From the NCBI GenBank assembly GCA_012295275.1, contig CM022665.1:17918001-17982000 (forward strand): DNA of 64,000 nt, written 5' to 3'. The position numbers and the translations under genes are program-made. Numbering within the stretch: position 1 is the first letter of the stretch; each line of letters opens with the position of its first letter. Positions 39,356 to 55,900 of the stretch are shown one piece after another. The DNA comes from Chrysomallon squamiferum. Lineage: Eukaryota > Animalia > Mollusca. The notes beneath the pieces are model-generated. The model saw only the letters and a list, made by a program, of their open reading frames with translations, had not been told where the DNA came from and made no database searches.

Positions 39356-40999
39356 TGTGTAATGATATGGCTGAAGAAAATACACCCCACACCAGGCATG
39401 CTTGTACCCCATTTTCTGTCAGACGCATGAAAAACACATCCTGCTTATACATATATTCATGTTTTGTTTCAACATATATTAACTCAAGTATTAGCAGTGA
39501 CAAGTTTATAGTCATGTAATTGTCTCTGGGAGTTTGGAACACCTTGGAGATTACAACAGGTGTTATAATTCTCCTTAGCAATGTTTCTGACGTACACTTA
39601 TATTCCAAATTTTTGTTTTAATATTCTTAACAGTTGAAAATAGGTCTGTGCATGTATGAATTTATATATGTATATTTATATCAATATGTGCATGTGTGTA
39701 TGTGTGTGTGTGTGTGTGTGTGTGTATTTGTATGTATCTGTATGTATCAATGTATGTATATATGTATAAATGTATGAATGTATGTATTATTGTATGTATG
39801 TACATATGTATATATGTGTGTGTGTATATATTTACAAATGTGTGCATGTGTGTGTGTGTGTGTGTGTTTTAGTATCTGTGCATGTATATGTATAATATAA
39901 ACAGCCCTATTAAAATGTCTTTTATAACAAGTAAACTGCACCTTTAAAAACAGTTGTCAAAGTGTTTGATTTAACATTGTTCACACACAATACAGTCCTG
40001 TGTGTGTTAAATGTGGTGAGAAAACAGCGTGTGTCTAAGTGTTTTCATAAACACTGCTTGTTATTTCTACAGACAAAACAGTTTGTACTTGCACAGTGAC
40101 TGTATTGAAGTGAGCAGTTTATTGTATGATTGTGTTGTAATTAGGTTGAAGATGATTCTGAATATATAAAAATAGTGTGTATGGTTTTTAAAATATTGCT
40201 AGAGAAAGATAAAGACTGAGAGAGAGAAGAAAAGAAAAAAGAGAAGGAGAAAGAAAGAGAAGAAGCGAGAGATTAGACTGATAGAAAGAGAGAAAAAAAG
40301 GATGAGGATGGAGATAGAAGGGAAGAAGGTGGGAGTAAAAGAATGAGTGAGACAGAGACAGATATATATATATATATATATATATATTCGGTACAGTGTC
40401 TGGTAAATAAACATTTAACAGGCTTGTATTTCTTTTAACTGTGTCATCTATTGATTATACAACAACAATATCCAAAACAGAACATCCACTTCAACATGGT
40501 CTTCTAGGCTGTAATCTTACAAATTAGCAACAAGTGATCCTGACATGTACCTTCTCATATACAGTAAGAAAACATATTTTATGGCCTTTATTAATTGCAT
40601 GTTGGGGACACACAGGATGAAATGGGCTACTATTTTTTCCCCAACAATACTGTTTTCCATACCACACAAATGAATTTTTGTGAAAGGCCATAGTGAGTAA
40701 ATCAGTTTTGAAATTGTAATTAGGTTCCAGTCTGTCACTTTGAGATTAAATTTATTTTCACAGTTAAATAAGCCAGTGATAGATTGCTTCTTTAATTGTT
40801 GTGATTGTGTTTTTGAAGTGAATCAAGATTCCAAAAATATTTATTTGACCATTGAAAGTGAGGAGGCATTTTTGTACAAGTCTGTCTTATTATGTTTACT
40901 TCAACTTTAGTGGGAAAAAAACAACAGTTTTAGTTGTTTTTAGAACATTTTAAATAATAATAGTAATATTTCTTTATATAAATGTATTAATAATTACAA

Positions 41000-41455
41000 T
41001 GAATCATATTATTATAATGATCATAATCATTATCATCATTGTTACTATTATGTATAATTATTATCAACATCATTATATGTGATATAATAACATGTATGTA
41101 TGAATTATTATAAACGTTCTTATTATATTTATTACCATCATAATTATTAAATCATCATCAGTATTATAATTAACAGCACCTTCATTACCATATCATTATT
41201 ATCATCACTATTATAATTAATACCATCATCATCATATCATTATCATTATCACTTTCATAAATAACACTACCATCATCATCACTATTATAATTAATACAAT
41301 CATCATAACTTTATCATTGTCACTATTGTAAATAACAATACCACTATCATTAACATCACTATTATAATTAACACTAACATACTCATTAATATCATAGTTA
41401 ACACTACCATCATTACATCATTAGTATCATCATCACTATCATCATAATCATCCTG
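41000..41455. repeat. Degenerate (ATC/ATT) repeat with recurring catcactattataattaa
   Basis: Seen directly. Confidence 0.7.
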
Positions 41456-41707
41456 ACACTGACAGTAACAAACTGTTAGGTGTTTATTTTGAGTGTAAAC
41501 GTTTTTGTTTACTCACATTTGTGAGCAGTAAGAGAAAACCGGAATTGAGCAGAGTGAGATGGATTGTATGACAGCCAGTATGGTGCACTAACAACAATCA
41601 ATATGAAGATGAATTTGTCCCCAGTGACTCCTCAGTCAGTGAACAAGATGTCTGTTTCCAACTCCACTACTTCACACCTGCTTCTCTCTCACCATGATTA
41701 TAATAAA

Positions 41708-42960
<1,253 letters not shown>

Positions 42961-44451
42961 ACATATCTCTTACAACATCATGACAAGTCTGTTGCATCCT
43001 TTGACTTGTGTGTTGCAACATTATATCTTCTCTACAGTTGCTAAGCCTTTCTCTTCATAATGTCTGATGACAGATGTAAAATGTGATAACATGGCTGAAA
43101 TCTAGTCCTGTGTGAGAAGAAAGCTGTTATTATACAGAGAGCACACGGCCATAACAATTTATGTGTCGTGGAAAACATAAAGATATGCCAGTGCAAAACG
43201 GCATTCAGATTTATCACACAGTGACATTATCATAACAGTGAAACAGAAATGTTTGGGTGTTGTCGTTGGCAATGTTGAATGAATGCTTACTGAGGCATAG
43301 GATTGACAAGAGGTGTTGACACAATGAAGGAACATGTTTGGCAGGGGTTTACACGACTTGCACTTATTGTTATTAATAACAGGGCACAAATAATAACATG
43401 AGATAAAATTATTGTTAATGTAGTGTTGACTGATATGAAGTTTGTTTGTTGTGTTATTGTGTGCTGCATTTTTAATTCACAGTTCTAATGACAATGTTTA
43501 AAATAAGACTCATATCAAATTTACTACAGTTGTTTGGTTTACCTTGATGAAGGTATTGTGTATTGAAGTGCACAGGTATGTAATTTCAAGTCGTGGTTCA
43601 GTTAATACGTGTCTTTTTGAAAATTTTCAGTGGTTTTCATTTATGAATGAAATCTTGATAGAGCTACATACATACATAAACACACACATATCTTATTTCT
43701 TTCTTTACTTGTAATAAAAAAATCCTCAAGCAAAGACTTGTGAATTTAGAAAAATTGATTTAAAACATGTTTAAACATAAAGCATATATTTTTTTTTTTT
43801 TTCAATATAAATAGATTTATTTCAAAAATATTTTATCTGCTTTTAAGACTTACATATGTAAAGGTAATCTTTATCATTATCATTAAAAAATGTTATGATA
43901 TAATTTTATTATTTTATTATTATTATTATCAATAATTAATAACATTTTTTTTTATTGTATTTCTTTAAATTGTTTCATTCTTTTTTTTTTCTTTCTTTCT
44001 TTATTTCTTAATTAGTGTTCATACTGTCATCATCATCATCACTAACATTACTATTATTGTTGTTCTTCTTCTTCTTTTTCATCATCTTATTATTATTACT
44101 GTTATTGTTATTATTATTATTATTACAAGAAGTAGTAATGGTAGTAGTAATAGTAGCAGTGGTAGTAGCAGCAATGGTAGCATAGTAGTAGTAATAGCAG
44201 TAGTAGTAGTAGTAATATTTAATGATGTTATTATGTCTTAAAATTTCCGGTACAAAATTATGTCAATTTTCAGATAAAACCAGAAAAATTAACTGAAGCA
44301 TGAAATATCAATAAGCATACAAATGAGCAAAATGTTTATTTACCAGACAGTGCATTGAATAAAAACATCAAAGTGTTTATAGACTCCACACAGAATAACA
44401 CAAATATTATTTTAAAAATCAAATAATTATTGATTTCATGCTTGGAGTAGC

Positions 44452-45090
44452 TAATAAAATTTTCTACATGACTGTATGAAGTTATTAAGTACTTACTGTA
44501 CAACTGTGAAATTATTAAGTATTTTCTATACAATTATGAAATTTGTAATTATTTTCTGTACAACTATGAAGTTATTAATTATTTACTGTACAATTATGAA
44601 GTTGTAATTATTTTCTGTACAATTATGAAGTTATTAATTATTTTCTGTACAATTATGAAGTTATTAATTATTTTCTCTATGATCATGAAATTAATTATTT
44701 TCTGCATCATTTTATTTTGACATTATAGTGATATTAATCAATATTGTCAGCATGTTATGAGTTTATTATTCATTTTCTGCATTTTCTGAGGTTAATAATT
44801 CTATTCTCTATATTACAGTGTTAATTATTTTCTCAACATTATCTCTACATTTTGAGGTTAATATTTATATTCTTTACATTATGAGGTTAATAATTCTATT
44901 CTCTATCTTAAGGAGTAAATAATTCTGTTCTCTATTTTATGATGTTAATAATTATATTCTCTGTATTATGAAGTTAATTATATTGTTATATTATGATGTT
45001 AATCAATATATTCTGTATCTTATGAGGTTAATAATTATATATTGTCTTATGAGGTTATTAATAATATTCTGCATGCTATGAGATTAATAA
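44452..45090. repeat. 30-bp minisatellite decaying towards its 3' end
   Basis: ttttctgtacaattatgaagttattaatta is exact at 44611 and 44641, with increasingly diverged ttatgaggttaataatt copies downstream. Confidence 0.9.
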
Positions 45091-45647
45091 TAAGAGAGGG
45101 AAAAAAAATTGTCAAAAAATATCACCAGCTCAGTTATTGGATTTCCCAAAAAGAGGAAGCTAACTTTAATGTATTGAATAACTTATACAATGAAAATATT
45201 TCCTTCGTTTTATATTATTACATAATTAAAACCTTTTTCATCTTATTTTTCTTTATCTTGCCCTTTTAAAAATAATTTATTTAATTTTTTTGTACACCTT
45301 TTTATATGCTTTTATGCACACACAAAGTGAAAAATGAAAAAAAAAAAAGAGTTTTGTTTGTCTAAGAAATATTAAATATTCAAGAACTGGGGTCTGCCTG
45401 GTAGTAGTCTCCTATTGATTACGTTTTCAGGCCTTTCATCCTTCGTTTTCCCTGACTTCAAAGAAAATTGAATACCAATACAGACACTTTGAAAAAGGAA
45501 TTAAACTTCAGGTTATGCATTTAGCAGAGCTTAGGATAAACAGGTGAAATTAGTTTAAATTGTTTTATTGATTTACAGTTGTGTAAAAATAAACACAGCT
45601 TGAAAAGGTTTAAGATATGTTTTCAAAAGTGTTGATATTAAATGCAA

Positions 45648-45731
<84 letters not shown>

Positions 45732-46727
45732 GTATGTATATATGTTTTTGTATTTGAGTATGAGTGTTTATGTATAGTAATCTAGTTTGTATAATCAGTT
45801 TAAGCATGTCAGAGTCTACAATACACATCTTGGAAGACTTCCAACAAGAAATGAACAGTGAAGTATTCAAAGTGACTTGTATAAGAAATAATCCTCTAGT
45901 GTATGCTATGCATGAACATGTACTGTGAGTTTTAAAACAAGAATTTAAACTTAATAACTCAGACAGAAATACACAGGCAGATAGACAAACATACTCACAG
46001 AAATGGACACATATACAATCACTCAGAGACACACACACACTCACACAGCCACATCTACACACACTCACATCCACAGACATACATAAATACACACACACAG
46101 AAACACATATGAGAATTTCTCTACCACACATTGCTGTATACACTAATCATTTTTAAATAACTCACATCAGAAATATCTTCAAACACCTTTCTATAGGCAA
46201 TATCTGACACAGCAAAGAGATTAACATGAAATATTTTAACATTAAATTTTAAATACATGTATCTCTATCTATATCATATTTCACAGATTATGAATTTTGT
46301 TTTTTAAATTTTGAATAAGTGTATGTATATTAATTATTAAAGAAAATGCAGTTTTTTTATTTTATATGTTAAATAATTTATGCTGATTGACAATTCCAAA
46401 TAATAACTGCTTTGAGCTGTATCATGTTCAGTTAAGTTCCTGTGTTTAAAAAATTGTTATATGTTTTTGTCTGTGTAGAAGATGCAAATATAACCTGCCA
46501 TGCAGCCATCTTAAATATATTGTCATTATAATTATTATTATTGTTATTATTGTTATTATTATTACTACTACTATTACTACAGCAACTATTGTTACTACTG
46601 TTGTTATTATTATGTCTTATTCAAATGAAAAGTATGAAAGGTGTAATTATCTTTAATAATAATGATAATAATAATAACAACAACAACAATAATAATAATA
46701 ACAATAACAATAATAACAGTAGTAGTT

Positions 46728-46760
<33 letters not shown>

Positions 46761-46809
46761 TATACATATATATATATATACACACAAAGAGAGAGAGAGG
46801 TAAATATGT

Positions 46810-46850
<41 letters not shown>

Positions 46851-46943
46851 TAAAATATATCTTGAATAATAAACCAAAAACTGAATATCTTGTAGAGTGT
46901 TATTAAACTGAAAGTTAAAACTTAGTGTGAATTTTCAGTGAGA

Positions 46944-47845
46944 CAGCTGTGTGTGGATTATGGGATTAAAACACGCTGCCGATATCAATATATTGATTAG
47001 CAGTGTGGCCCATGTGAGCAGCAGAATGCTAGCATACACACACTCACTCACTCACTCACACACGCTCACTGGTAGAAAACAGCAGCTGGACAATTCAGTT
47101 TATGGATCTGAACGAGATATTTTTGTTATTTAAAGTCGTCCATTTTCATCAGTTCACTTGTTTTGTGTTGTGAGTGACAGGATTAACAAAAATGGCTGAC
47201 ACATCGAGTTATTGTTGTGTTTGAAATTTAAAAAAAAATAAAAATCTATTTGTGGTAACAGATGTTGCAGTGTTTTCTCTAGAGTCAGATCTGTGGTTAA
47301 ATATACAATGTTGTTGTTCTTTTGGTGGTTTTTTCATAGGAGAGCTGAACAAGGCAGATAACTGTGAATTTACTGTTACTGTAACCTCTGATAATGATTT
47401 AGCATGGAGCCTGTGGCTTACATATGATGAAGCTGTGTTAACTAAAGTTATGTTTTTCTCCTTTTTAAAAAAATTTTGGTGATAATTTTCTACTGGTGTT
47501 TAACTGTTTCAAATTAAAAAAATCCTCTGAATTATCTGTTTAATCTTTTATGATTCAAGGAAATGTAAATATTTATGGAACATTAGTTTAAAAAATTTGG
47601 ATTTGATAAAAACTGTGACTGGCATTTTAGTGTAATTTTGGAGATTTAGGAAAATCTGTAAATGTGATACATTTCAGTCGTGTTTTGATATTGAAGAAAA
47701 CTTAATGTGGTATGTTTGAGTTAAAACTGGTTTTTAGTTAATCAAGCATTTTTGTTAAACTGTTGTAACCTGTACACACCTGGGATTATCCACTGGATAA
47801 TGGGATTAGCAGGATTATGGTTGGATCACAATCAGTGCAGGTGAG
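46944..47845. promoter_or_regulatory. Cluster of K50-homeodomain-type sites (GGATTA/TAATCC) with E-boxes
   Basis: GGATTA at 46955, 46963, 47180, 47783, 47803 and 47812, all in one orientation, with CAGCTG, CACCTG and CAGGTG nearby. Confidence 0.35.
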
Positions 47846-49099
47846 CTGTGTATTGTTTATAGATGGATAGATGGATGGATACATACATACACAAATTTGT
47901 GTAATAATCTTCTTTTGTTTGTTTCTTTATTTTTAAAATTTATTTATTTATTTATTTCTAAATTTATTTATTTATAAAAATTATAAATTTCTTTCTTTCA
48001 TTATTTATTATTTCTTAAAAAATTTTTTACTTGTTTCTTTCCTTATTTATGTTATTTATTTTTAAAATTCATTTGTTTCTTTCTTTGTTTATTTGTCATT
48101 CAGAAAGTCTAAAACATTTATAACTTTGTCTAATTATGCAAAGGCTAATTTCTTTATCAAGAATCATTATAACTATATTATTATTTGTTCTTAATTCTGT
48201 TGAAGAATTAATTTTAAAACTGGATTCTGTTTTTCAGTTGAACAAAATGGAATGCAATTCATTTCATACATTATAATTACATCTGCTTCTTGAACTTAAT
48301 AAAATCATATTTTGTAAGATAATTCTATAATCTGTTATCCCTACATAACAAACAATAACTTTATCTCAACTTAGGTATTTTTCTCTTTTACTGAAAATTG
48401 CAAACAACCTTGTAATAAAATATTATTCACCAATGGAAAGGTAATAGATTTTTTTATTCAGGACTGTTTTTTATAATTTACAAAATTCTTTGCACTTTTC
48501 TTGATCATGATTATTAGGCCAAATAATCCTGTAATTCTATAATCCTTCAGTAATTATTTCTTGGCTTAATTTGTTGAAGGATTTGTATTTTCAAATCAGT
48601 CATAACAGTAGAGTGATTAGCCATGTCAGAGAGTCACAGTGAAAAAAAATGTATGTAACATACCACTTTTTGTATCACACGTTACATATCTATTTTTAAT
48701 GATATGTATACATGTATGTTTATACATGAGTGTTTTTGTGTGTGTAAGTGTGTATGTGTTTACATGTGTGAATGCATCTTAGTGTGTGTGCCTGTGCATC
48801 TCTGTGTCTTTATGTTCATGTGAGAATGTGATTGCATTTGTGTTTGTGAGTATGTATGTATGTCTGTGCACGTGTGTGTGTATTTGTGTGTGTGTAGGTG
48901 TGTGTTTATATATGTGTGTCTGAATGTGTGTAAATGTGTCGGTCTGTGTTTATGTATGTGTATATGTGTGTTTGTGTCCATGTATATGTGTCTGTGCATG
49001 TGTATGTTATTACATGTATCTTATGTTTCTAAATAATTACAGTGCTGTTTGTAATGTTGTCATCTAACATAATAATTTGCCTAAGACTGATCAGCTACT

Positions 49100-49350
49100 A
49101 AAAACTTTGCTGAATGTTGAATATAGAATTTATGCTGGAAAAGGCTTTGATCAGTACTAAATATGCATTATCTGAAACACTGAATGAATGTCGAATAAAT
49201 GTGGAAACCTTAATTAATACAAAATGTATACTTGCTAAAATCTGTTCTTGTTGAAATCTTAATAAATGATGAAGAAATGGCTGCTTAAAGCTTGCTGAAA
49301 CTTTGCTGAATGTTAAAAGCAAGTCTTTATCAATGTCATATATATTATTT

Positions 49351-49392
<42 letters not shown>

Positions 49393-49880
49393 AGGGAGAG
49401 GGAGAGAGAAGTAGTCATTCGCCTTCATGGATATTATTGATCAAACAATATTATCAATATTAAAATAAACTAAAGCATATTTAACTTACATCACAGGAAG
49501 ATTTATTTAAATTTTACAAAGACTGAAATTATTGTATTCTGTGATGAACTATTGAAATAATGGAAGAATTTATATGATTATTATTATTATTTATTTTATT
49601 TTTAATTTTTTTTTTATATATGGTTGAATGGATACTTTGCTGAAATCCTTATCAGTGTTGAAATGATGCTGCTGAATATTGAATCCTTGAATACTGCTAA
49701 ATATTTCTTGTTTAAACTTTGCTTAATGCTGAATGTAAACATGCAGAAATTTTCATGTATGCTGAAATTAAACTGCTGAATGCTAAAAATATACTTCTAA
49801 AATCTTGATGATTGCTGAATTATAATTCTCAAACCTTGATCAGCAGTGAGAATAATTTGCTGATTGAAATTTTGCTGAAC
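49100..49880. repeat. Decayed short-period repeat rich in (tt)GCTGAA, split by the dispersed element
   Basis: gctgaa/gctaaa recurs many times at 49100-49320 and again at 49630-49880. Confidence 0.6.
49411..49625. repeat. Dispersed ~215-bp element, copy 2, preceded by (GA)n/(GGGA)n
   Basis: Matches 10071-10285, including the final tatatggttg. Confidence 0.9.
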
Positions 49881-52639
49881 CATGTTTTTCTGGCAGTTTG
49901 CAAAAAGTGAAATCCATCAAACTGTGATGTTGATTTGGAATTTATTTCTTTCTCTTTTAAACTGCTGAAGAGAAAAAACTTGTTCCTGTTTGAATTGATT
50001 GGGTTAGAGGCAGTAATCTAGCAACAGTCAAGTTTAACTAAGCGACAGAGCCAAAACCATTTTGTACAAGTGAAAAGGCAAAAACATCTCTCACTTTTTA
50101 TTTTTTTTTTTAAATTTGATTCTTATTCTTTTACTACCCCTTTTTAATTTAATTTTTTTTTAAATTAGCCTGAATATGCAGTGTGTTAGAATAGTTAGAA
50201 TCAACAGAAAATATTAAAGAATTTAAAAAATGTATTTAAAAATTTTAAAGGCAGATTTTTGTGGATGTAACTCACTAATTATTTAAAGCTTTGATGAGTT
50301 ATCACCCTTTTTGCAAGATGGAGGATGAAAGAAAAAGATAAAGAAGAATTTATTATGTAACAGATAATTATCTTTGTAAAATGTCAGGTTTGATTTAAAA
50401 AAAAAATTAAAGGGCACAATATCTTTTCACAGAAATAAAAAACAAAAAACAAAAAGAAATGAAACAACATAATCAGTTATTGCAGGTGAAACATTTAGTT
50501 TTTCTGACATACATCTTCAGAGCAAATGAATTTCATTTCTGCATTAGTAGTAAAAAAAATTATTTTATTTTAATCTTACACAGAATTTAAAGAATATATA
50601 TAGTCTGTGTGTGTGTGTGGGGGGTATATTTGTGCATGTGTGTTTGTGTGTGTAACATTACCCAGAAAGTATAGAATGTAGGAAAATCTTTAATAAGAAC
50701 ATGGAGCATTGTTTAGAATAGGAAAAAATCATAATGCTGATACTGAGAACCATGAGTTCTTTTACCTATCATTTGTGTTGGCATTCTAATCATAGAAAGG
50801 GAAATAACACAAAGCTGGAAGTGATAGAGTTGATCCCACTACCTATCATTTGTGATGACTTTTTAATCAGAAACCTGAAACAGTTTCATTGCTGCCAGCA
50901 GAAAAGCCAGACGACATTGAGAAATTTCTGGCTTAATGGATTATGCTGTTTAAAGTGACAGACAGACAGACAGATTAGTTTAACCTGATTACAAACAGAC
51001 AGACACATGATGTCACAGCTTTGTGTTTTACAAATTGCTTCTCACACTGTTAGGACACTTTGTATGTATCATATGTTTTGTGAGTAATCAGAAAAAGATA
51101 CATATGTTTTAATGGATGACAGATCAGAGTATTGTAGAAAGTTTAGATTATAAAGACTTGGATCTAGGAAATACAAAGAAGTTCTGGATACCTCATACTC
51201 ATGAAGACCACTAATTTTAAATGACTTTTTCTTTCTCCCCCTGCCTCTTTCTTTGTACTTCTCACTGTCTCTCTTACTCTCTCTAACTGTCTGTCTGTCT
51301 GTCTGGTTATCTATCTGTTGGTCTGTCTTTTCAAATACCACATGTACATTTCTAGGATGATCAAGAGATAAAAATGCACAGTTCACCACATCACTGACAC
51401 TGAAATTGTAATTATTTACTTTCCTTCTCCATAAAACTCCTGAATCTGCCTGCATTATACAAATATATTCCTGAATTGATAACAATACACATTTCAAAAC
51501 AAATGTTAATAAATATATGAAACAAGATATGGTTTTCGCAGATTAAACACCAAACAAAGGGAATTAACAACTCTTCATCTCGTTTCAATGTTGCCAGTTA
51601 TTAGGTTTCAACCAGATGAGGTCTTGCACAACAACAGTGATTTGTGAGAGAGAGAAAAAAAACACAACTGCTGCTGTTATTCATTGACAACAAGGGTTCT
51701 TTTATATCTATTTTCTGGCAAACATGATGATATGTATGTCATTTGAGAAACTAGTCACAATGCATGGGTATATTAGGTAATATCCTTTAGTATAAAAATA
51801 TTTTGTTGTTTTGTGTATTAGTCTCAGCTATATTCATTTCTTTTGTGTATTATTTTCAGCTGTTGTAGCTATCTGTTTTGTGTATTAATTTCAGCTACAA
51901 TTAAGCTGTTATTTTGTTGGTGGTTTTTTTGTGTGTTAATTTCAGCCATTATTCCATTTTTTCTATTGGTTTCAGCTGTTTGGAGTTATATTCACTGTGA
52001 GGGAAATTCTCCTACTTTGAATGGTCAGGATCTTATGCAATAAGAATGCATCATACCAGTTGTGTATGGATTTGTGTTTTCTAAAAGATAAGCCATTTAA
52101 TTAAGCCAAGTAGAATTCTCTTCTCATCTCAAAAGTGGGAATTATCAAAGAGAGAGACCAGGCCACATTCCCACAGGGCAAACATCGATAATTTCATATT
52201 CCAATCACCTTGATTATAATTTGCTTCATATTAGAAATGAAATTTTTTTTTAAAGAAGAAGTGAAAAAAAAAAAAAGATGTTGTGATGAAAAAAAAAGAA
52301 GTTTGAGACAAGGAGTTGATTAATATGACACTTTGGTAATAACTTGGATGTAATATAACGTGGGTAAAAAAAAAAAAGTATGGAGCTGGGTGTTGTAAGA
52401 GTTTTAATGTTTAATGAATGGCTGCTTGTTGGTTATTTCTGATAACTCGTGCTTGCTATTGATTAAAACTTGTATCATGGGATGATTGCACAGGCCAAGC
52501 TTTTCATTAATAACCACAAAAAATTCTGTGTAATGACTTGTGTCCTTGGGCAGTCCATCCATCTGTCCATTCATCTGTGTGTGTGAAGTGTGTCAGCAGA
52601 TTTGTGTGTGTTTCTGTTGCCTGCCAATTAACCTAGTTA

Positions 52640-52985
52640 ACACAGTAATTCAACCATTCATCCATTTTATTTGTCCATTCATTATTCTGTTCATTCTTCA
52701 ATTTTATTTGTCCTTCTTTTTCTTCAGTCCATTAATTCATCCATTCATTCAGTCTTCCATCTGTCCACCCATCTATCAGTCAACATATCCATTGACCCTT
52801 CCTTCCATCCATCTGTTCATTCATTCATTCATTCATCCATACAAAACTTTATCCATTTATTCTTCTATTTATTCATCCTTCATACACTTCTGTATATCCA
52901 TCCATCCATCAGTCTATCAATTCAAAAATATATACGTCAATCTATTCTTCCATCCATTCATCTTTCATACATATCCATCCACTGA
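52640..52985. repeat. Degenerate (TCCA)n/(TTCA)n tetranucleotide tract (second tract at 53690-53880)
   Basis: Seen directly. Confidence 0.8.
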
Positions 52986-55900
52986 ACTGAAGGATAAGGA
53001 ATCTTTTATCTGTTCAAAATATCTTCATTTCTGTCTATTTTCATTTCCCCTTTTAAACAAATAACAAAATCTATAAACAGTGACAGTCTGTGAATGATGT
53101 AAATAGACTCAGTTATCAGATTATAAACTGAACTGAAACTTGCCTCCCTCTCTCTCTCTCCATCAGATATGTTTCCTCTTACAGTGTATAAATTTCTCAG
53201 ATACATATCTATACAATACAAATTCCATTTTGTCCAAAACTGGCTTCTCCATGTTGAGACAAACACATGGAACACTGAACTGATTGTTTTGTTTTTACCC
53301 ACAAACTGATGCTGTTTGTCCAGTAAAAATTTCAGTCCATAATTAAGGGCAACACATCTGAAATGAACACTGTGTCAGGGTTATATATATATAATTTAGG
53401 TTAAGCTCTGTAATTTTTTGCACATCATCTTTAAGGCAAATGTTCTGTTAATTTTATGTCAGTAACAGTAGAACTTTTTTTTCACATTATAATTATTTTA
53501 TTATTATTATTTATCATCATCATTATCATTGTTGTTGTTGTTGTTGTATTGTTGTTATTATTATTATTATAAAAATGTAATAACAATTAATGTTAAAAAG
53601 TACTGAAATGTTATTAACAAATAGTCATTACTTTATTCAAAAGACACCAAAATTAATACACTCCTACAGTAATACAGTATGGATTATACATTCCTTCATT
53701 TGTTTATTAAGTATTTTCAGTTCATTTTTTCTTTCATTCTTTTATTCATTCATTCATTTGTTCATTCATACATTTATTTGTTCATTGATTCATTCACTCT
53801 TGTTCATTTATCTATTGATTGAAACTTTTATTCAATCATTCAATTATTCATTTGTTCATTCATCCATTCATTCATTCATTCTACTATCTTGTTCACCTTC
53901 ACCATCAGTGAGGCAATTTTTAGCTAAATTTTAAAGTTAAATATTTAAAAGTTTCTCTTCCTCTAAAAATACCAGAATCTTGAGGAAATCTTAAGAGATA
54001 CCCAGAGATAACATGTAACATCTCTTTTTAAGTAGTTCTCAAACTTTTATTGATGTCTAAAATCATTTTCTTAAAAGACAGAGTTACATCTGCTTAGAAA
54101 TGTTTGTTTCATATCCCATATCAGTTTTGTTAACAACAACAAGAATACTACCACTACTATTACTACAATTACCATATTAACACCACTACTACTACCACCA
54201 ACCCAAATTATTACTGCATCTGCTATTACTGTTACAACTACATAATTATTGTAGTATTACTATTATTACTGTTATCAAAAGCCTATATATAACATAACAG
54301 TAAAACTTATTGGTTTCTTGAACACACATACATACTCAAAAACATTCATATAAACATTAAAACACACATACACACACAAACACATACACACAGACATACA
54401 AACACACACACACACACAGAGCTACATTTAAACCTAATACCACAGCTAACATCTTAATTCAATTGCACTGTTTAAAATTTTATCAATTTGTCTGCTTGTC
54501 TGCAAGTGCTAAGGTCAATTACAGCATCATTTGACCCAAACCCTGCCACTACCAATTCCACAGACAACTGATACAAAGTTTATTACACACCCATGTCCGC
54601 ATACCACACAGGTCTTTTCAGCGAATACACAGGTTAGCACAGAAATTACATATCACCTGATAAAATGTTAATGGGTCCATATGCTTCATTTCCTTTAATT
54701 AATCAGCTGTGTGTTTATTTAATTGGCTCATTTCTGCTTCTGTCTGTGTCTCTGTATCTCTCTCTCTCTCTCCCAGCCAAAACTTCTGTGTTATTCATGA
54801 GATCTGCTTCTCAAGGGGAACCACGTTAGTCAGTTCAGACTGGATTAATTTAATGTATGCTAAGGAGTGGCTCATTCAGTTTGATTCTTGTCTTTTCATC
54901 TTTTTCTCTTTTTTTTCTTTTTTTTAATCTAATGATTTTCACAGATATGGACGCTTTAAAAATATTTTTGCCAAGATAAGTGTGAGTGAGTTTATATTCA
55001 TGTAAAAATATTTGTGTGTGTGTGGGTGTATGTATATATATATGTATATAGAGAGATAGATAGATATAGATATAGATATGTTTGTATATATGACAAACAC
55101 ACACACACACACACACATATTCATACATATGTGTATAATTATGTATGTATTATGTATGCATGTACATGTATGTTTAAATGTAAGCATGATGTTTGTCTTT
55201 ATGAAAATATATATGTATGTGTGTTTTCTTTTTTGTATATTTGATAATGTGCATATGTATATACATACATATATTTCAATATGTATGTGTGTGAGTTTAT
55301 GAATCTATATCCACATGTACAATTTTTTTTTTCTTTTTTCTAATTATTGAAAAGATCTACAACTAAAACACAGTATGGTCTACTCATATTTATTAGTTCA
55401 TTTCTATCCACACAAAACCACAGAGTATTTGTTGGAATGGGACATATCCAAAAACTGCACCAAGAAATTTTGAACCTGTGATTGTGTGAACTCCAGAAGA
55501 ATGTTTTACCCAAAGTACCAACTAATGACATATATATATATATAATTTTTTTTTTTGAACACCTGTCTTCATGGCTAAATCATTATCCTTATTAACCCTT
55601 TCACCCCTGATTCCAGTCATGTGACTGACAAGTTATATATATAAATGGCCAAATTTTCACCAAATTCTTCACGGTCAGTTTAATTAGGTGATAATGATGT
55701 CGAAAATCATTGAAATTAAAATAACTATAACATAATTAAGTCCACACTGAAGAAGAAACCAGACATTTGAGCATGGCGGGTTGGAGAAAGAGAAAGGAAA
55801 TTAGTCAGTGACAGATAACTAGGAGAGATTTATAAATGTATTTAATTAAGAGATTGTGTGAAATATTTTGTATTCAAGCATAAAAGTGTCAGTCTTTGAA

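Noticed and set aside
39099-39608. 169-aa minus-strand ORF
   Set aside because: Non-ATG start, overlaps a decayed tandem repeat and a poly-T run, and has no domain signal.
52135-52175. Su(H)/CSL paired site (GTGGGAA..TTCCCAC)
   Set aside because: The ~26-nt spacing does not match the 15-17 nt of a paired site.
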